64,000 bases of DNA from Candidatus Helarchaeota archaeon (lineage in GTDB: Archaea > Asgardarchaeota > Lokiarchaeia > Helarchaeales > RDOG01): positions 973,910 to 1,037,909 of the forward strand of contig JAHPZH010000002.1 of assembly GCA_019058315.1 (NCBI GenBank). Direction: 5' to 3'. Within the stretch, counting starts at the first letter, position 1. Below are more notes on the stretch, generated by a model. That model was not told the DNA's origin. It was given only the letters and a program-made list of their open reading frames with translations, and did no database searches. The DNA itself is not shown here.

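Noticed and set aside
25951-64000. Prophage, Rhs core or intein interpretation of the giant ORF
   Set aside because: I recognised no capsid, terminase, integrase, sheath, YD-repeat or Hint motifs; only isolated tail-like domains are present.

Overview
AT-rich archaeal DNA that reads like an Asgard archaeon (Lokiarchaeia/Helarchaeales-like). This is inferred from a Rab-like GTPase, three longin-like domain proteins and GGTGA/GGAG ribosome-binding sites. The first ~19 kb holds regulators and metabolic genes: TetR with three visible operators, a polyferredoxin membrane protein, Lrp, radical SAM, an amidohydrolase, an AAA ATPase, PaaI and an acyl-CoA ligase. It also holds a cluster of eukaryote-like membrane and signalling genes: TPR-longin, longin, an INSIG-like protein, a Rab-like GTPase and a 7TM-longin. 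From 19.1 to 25.9 kb lies a surface operon of propeller-repeat protein, membrane-anchored subtilase and a second propeller-repeat protein. The last 38 kb is one uninterrupted minus-strand ORF of >12,680 codons that runs off the window edge. It has a helical, possibly nuclease-like proximal part, then a huge acidic extracellular body of Ig-like, CBM-like, PA14-like and DNRLRE-like domains. Phage-baseplate-like modules are inserted into these domains, nested up to three deep, and the C-terminus is Ala/Gly-rich and hydrophobic. All family assignments come from motif recognition by eye, not database searches.
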